A DNA stretch of 63,611 nucleotides, the filler included, from Hyphochytrium catenoides (taxonomy: Eukaryota > Protista > Hyphochytriomycota), in the NCBI GenBank assembly GCA_900088475.1. It is 6 parts of 6 records of this genome, joined end to end, with 100 filler letters (N's around TTAATTAATTAA, not from the genome) between each part and the next. Parts side by side here need not be neighbours in the genome. Positions count along the whole stretch, not along the records: positions 57,886 to 63,611 come from FLMG01000026.1; 5 more parts are not named here. One strand, 5' to 3'. Below the pieces are notes generated by a model. It ran no database searches, had not been told where the DNA came from, and saw nothing but the letters and a program-made list of their open reading frames with translations. Made by a program: the position numbers and the translations under genes. Shown here piece after piece: positions 60,292-63,611 of this stretch. Every line of letters starts with the position of its first letter. Within the stretch, counting starts at the first letter, position 1.

Positions 60292-62048
60292 NNNNNNNNN
60301 NNNNNNNNNNNNNNNNNNNNNNNNNNNNNNNNNNNNNNNNNNNNNAGGGTGAGTCTTTGAACTCCGAGAGCAAGACAGAAAGTATACTCCGAGAGAAAGA
60401 GAGAGAAGAAAGCAGGGAGAGAAATGAATAAGAGGTAAGAGAGCAGGAAGAGGAAGGGAGCAAGAGCCAGATCGGCAGAGACCACCGAAAGAGAGAAGAG
60501 AGAAAAGACAGGTCAACGCAGCGCCTTTCCACGGGAAGTTGTAGCTCAAGCGAACCTCTAGGGTGCCGCATGTTAGGGAGAGCGAGGGGGAGAGAGTAGT
60601 GAAAGAGAGAATCAGAAGGAAGGAAGAGAAGAGAGAGAAAGGCGGCTCACCTAGGCCTTGAAAGAGTCCGTCCATTTCCGCACGATCTACGTCTAGGACT
60701 CTGGGAAGAGTGACGGCACTCAGCTTCTTCTTCTCGATTCTTTTAAGCGCATTAGGACTTGTTCTCTCATTCGTCTCCCTCTTTCTCTCCTGCCTCGCCT
60801 TTCTCTCCTCTCTCACCTCTTTCCAATGGTCTCTCTCTGGCTCAGAGTACTTCTCTCTTTCTACACTACTACTTTCCTCTCCCTTTTCTAGGCAACTAAG
60901 TCTCTCTTTCGTACTTTCCTTTCTCTTTTCTTCTCTCATCTCAACAGTCACGCGCGAGGCCATTTCCAGCGGAGAAGGAGCCAAAGAAGAGCTTCCTGTG
61001 GCTTCTCTTATCCTCTCCCCTCCATCATGGCCGCCGTTTTCTCTTCTCTCTTCTCCGCCACTCTCTCTTTCTTTCTCTCCCTCGTTGAACACGGCAGATA
61101 TGTCCGGCAGGTCTGAGAAAGCGGGAGAATGGAGAAGTCCACTGTCACTTAATAGCCGAAGACGGCGACGGAAGACTTCTCCCCCACTCTTAACTCTTCT
61201 CAAGTGTGGAGCCTCAATCTCTCCCTCACTTTCTCTTCTCGTTTCTCTCACTCCTTTCTCCTCTTCGCTCTTCCCCGAAAAGGGCCCAGACTGAGTAGAA
61301 GACGAAAGAGGAGAGGCAGGCAGCTGGGAATAGGAAGAGATTCGCCCAGGAGAGACATCAGGAGAGGAAGATGCAGGAGAGGGAGACGATGCATCTGCTT
61401 CCTCCTGTTTCCTCCCTGGAATGTCAGGGATAATTGCAGTCACTGTCTGGCCCAGGAGAGGGAGAGAGATAGAAACACCATAGCGTACTCTCGGCCTACA
61501 AAAGAGAGGAAGAAGAATCATGAGAGAGAGAGAGACAGAGAGAGGAAGAGAGAGAGAGATGGAAGAGATAGAAAAGAGAGAGAACTGGTTGAGAGCCCAG
61601 AAGGATGAAGGAAAGAGATAAAAGGTGAAAGGGACCACTAGTGCGAGATACCTACCTTCAGAGCTGCTAGCGTTGTACCAGGGGTAGGGAGATAAAAAGA
61701 AGAAGAGGAGAGAGAGACACAGAGAGTGACTAAGAGACAGGGGGGAAAAGAGGAGAATAAGGTGAAAACTCTTTCTCACCATGACAAGACACTTCCATAT
61801 GCCGCTTCCAGGGCCTTATGTCCTTTATCAAAGTACAGAGGGGCGATCACGGTGAGCATTCCATGGAAGAGAGAAGGGAATGGAAGACGAGAGACGATAG
61901 CCACTCCCTTCTGGAAGTATCCCCGGCGCAGAGACGACTCTTTCCTCTGCCTGTAGAACACAAAGCCGTAGAGAAACTCTTGCTCCGAGGGCGAGCTTGA
62001 AGGTCAGATGCAGGGACAGAAGGACGGCAGAAAGAGAAAGAAGGACAG

Positions 62049-62094
<46 letters not shown>

Positions 62095-62738
62095 TTTGTT
62101 AAGTAATGGAGACTTGAAGCGGACAGGCATGGAATAGTCCCGGAGAGAGTTAAAGTGAGAGAAAAGAGACAAAAAGAGAGGCATAGACACAGAGAGAGAG
62201 AGAATGAGAGGAAATAGGAAAGAGAGAAACTCCGACAGAGCAGAGAGAAAGAGGAGGAGGCGGCAGACCGTACCGCAAGAGAAGATAGAACATAAGAGAA
62301 CGGGGAGAGAAGCGTCAAGCAATTTCAACATCAGATCTGAGAAGATCTAAAGGAATGCGAGTACTCGAGCACTCTCGGTATGGAAAGAGGAAGAAATTCT
62401 ACAATCAACACAAAAGATGAGGGAGAACAATAGAGAGGAAGAGAGGGAGAGAGAAAGAGAGAGAGACAGGAAGTGAGGGAGAGAGAGATGCCCTACTTAC
62501 CTTGAGAGAAGAGGTATGATCCCTCTTCTTCTCATGCGGAAGCAGTAGACAGTGTCTCCGGTCCTGACAGCGTTAGAGTCTGGCAGCGCCAAGAAGCAGA
62601 GCCGCTTCTTCTCATCCTCTCCTATCGCTGGAGGCAGCAGCAGGAGAGACAGAGAGCCAAGGACATAATAAGTAGAAGAGCGAAGAGAAAGGAAGAGGTG
62701 AGAGAAAGAGAGAAGTCGCGCTCAAGAAGTACCTACTC

Positions 62739-62793
<55 letters not shown>

Positions 62794-62918
62794 CTATCTC
62801 TTTACTTTTAGTCCCAGGTCCATAGAAATATTTTCTACTCTCTCACCCTCCATCCGTCTATCTGCGGTTGAATCGTCTTTACCCTTTTGTTGCTCTTTCT
62901 CAGTCTCTCTCTCTCTCT

Positions 62919-62949
<31 letters not shown>

Positions 62950-63005
62950 TCACTCTCTCTCTCTCTTCACTCTCTCTCTCTCTTCACTCTCTCTCCCTCT
63001 CTTCA

Positions 63006-63050
<45 letters not shown>

Positions 63051-63394
63051 ATTTCCTTACCTGGTGCCTCTGTCGGGTATATAGCCTCCAGGCTCTGTCC
63101 TCTGTCTATATCAAAATGCGCCACGACAAAGCATTCGAGCCACTCTGTCTGCCTTCTCTCTCTGTCTCGAGGGAGAGAGAGATCCAGATCAAAAGAAGAA
63201 GACCGTCGAGGTAGAGACGGCGAGGAAGGGAGAGGAACACGAGGCGAAGAGAGAGAGAGAGAAGAAAGAGGCGATAGTGGAGGATGAGGGAGGGCTTGCG
63301 ATGGATCTGCAGAGAGGATTCTTGTCTTCTCTTTCCTTGTCTTCTCCCCCTTATCTCTCTCCTCTCCTGGCTCGTGGTGAGAGACTGCCGACAT
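57886..63394 (-). CDS. DENND6: DENND6/FAM116-family DENN protein (Rab GEF), 3'-truncated
   Basis: WLECFVVAHFDIDRGQSLEAIYP, LCFLALPDSN..GDTVYCFR, FYRQRKESSLRRGYFQK, LWEMAITGQPLLILAPSP..GDFRPYFTIYD, GGTNPFFLK, LRKHFRVLTKTFLQPFESYF. Confidence 0.93.
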
Positions 63395-63611
63395 CCCAGA
63401 GATAGAGGCGCAGACGCCGCTGTCAAGCCAGGATACACGCGGCGGAAGAGCGATGGTTGACAGGAGAAAGAGAGAGAGAGAGAGAGAGAGAGACTAGGCC
63501 AGCAGCCAACGTCGGAGCGTCAGGCTCCCAGGCTCTTCTGGACGACATCTAAGCTAGCACTTCCCCCTCAGATGCCCTTCCCCAGCAGCGTCCAGTCCTC
63601 CTCTTCTTCCT

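Noticed and set aside
1-63611. Alternative genetic code, tRNA/rRNA genes, intact transposons
   Set aside because: Spliced genes translate cleanly with the standard code and end in TAA, TAG or TGA. I recognised no RNA gene, transposase or reverse transcriptase motif by eye, though a covariance search was not possible.

Overview
Eukaryotic, intron-rich draft genome sequence from a probably flagellated protist (CFAP97-family gene present; the Myb and Nup214 motifs look stramenopile-like, which is an inference). The window is six contigs joined by artificial N44-TTAATTAATTAA-N44 spacers (1-28290, 28391-37124, 37225-44624, 44725-54283, 54384-57785, 57886-63611), so adjacency across spacers means nothing. 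Most short ORFs in the track are artefacts of (CT)n/(GA)n microsatellites, and the real genes had to be spliced by hand. Genes found: a Clu-domain/RCC1-repeat protein; a 7-exon LpxL/HtrB-type (lipid A late acyltransferase family) gene lying head-to-head with PIG-G; a CFAP97-family gene; an intronless 1174-aa membrane glycoprotein; a Nup214-like FG nucleoporin; a 3R-Myb; an unusual spliced fusion of PH domain, UAP1 C-terminal tail, MDR oxidoreductase and a degenerate UAP1; a C2 protein; a DUF3712/LEA2-like protein; an OB-CCCH-methyltransferase; a GPI-type surface protein; VPS68/TMEM50; and DENND6. The two most novel-looking items are the UAP/PH/MDR/pseudo-UAP fusion and the intron-containing LpxL-like acyltransferase next to PIG-G. 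All family assignments come from motif recognition by eye; no database search was run.
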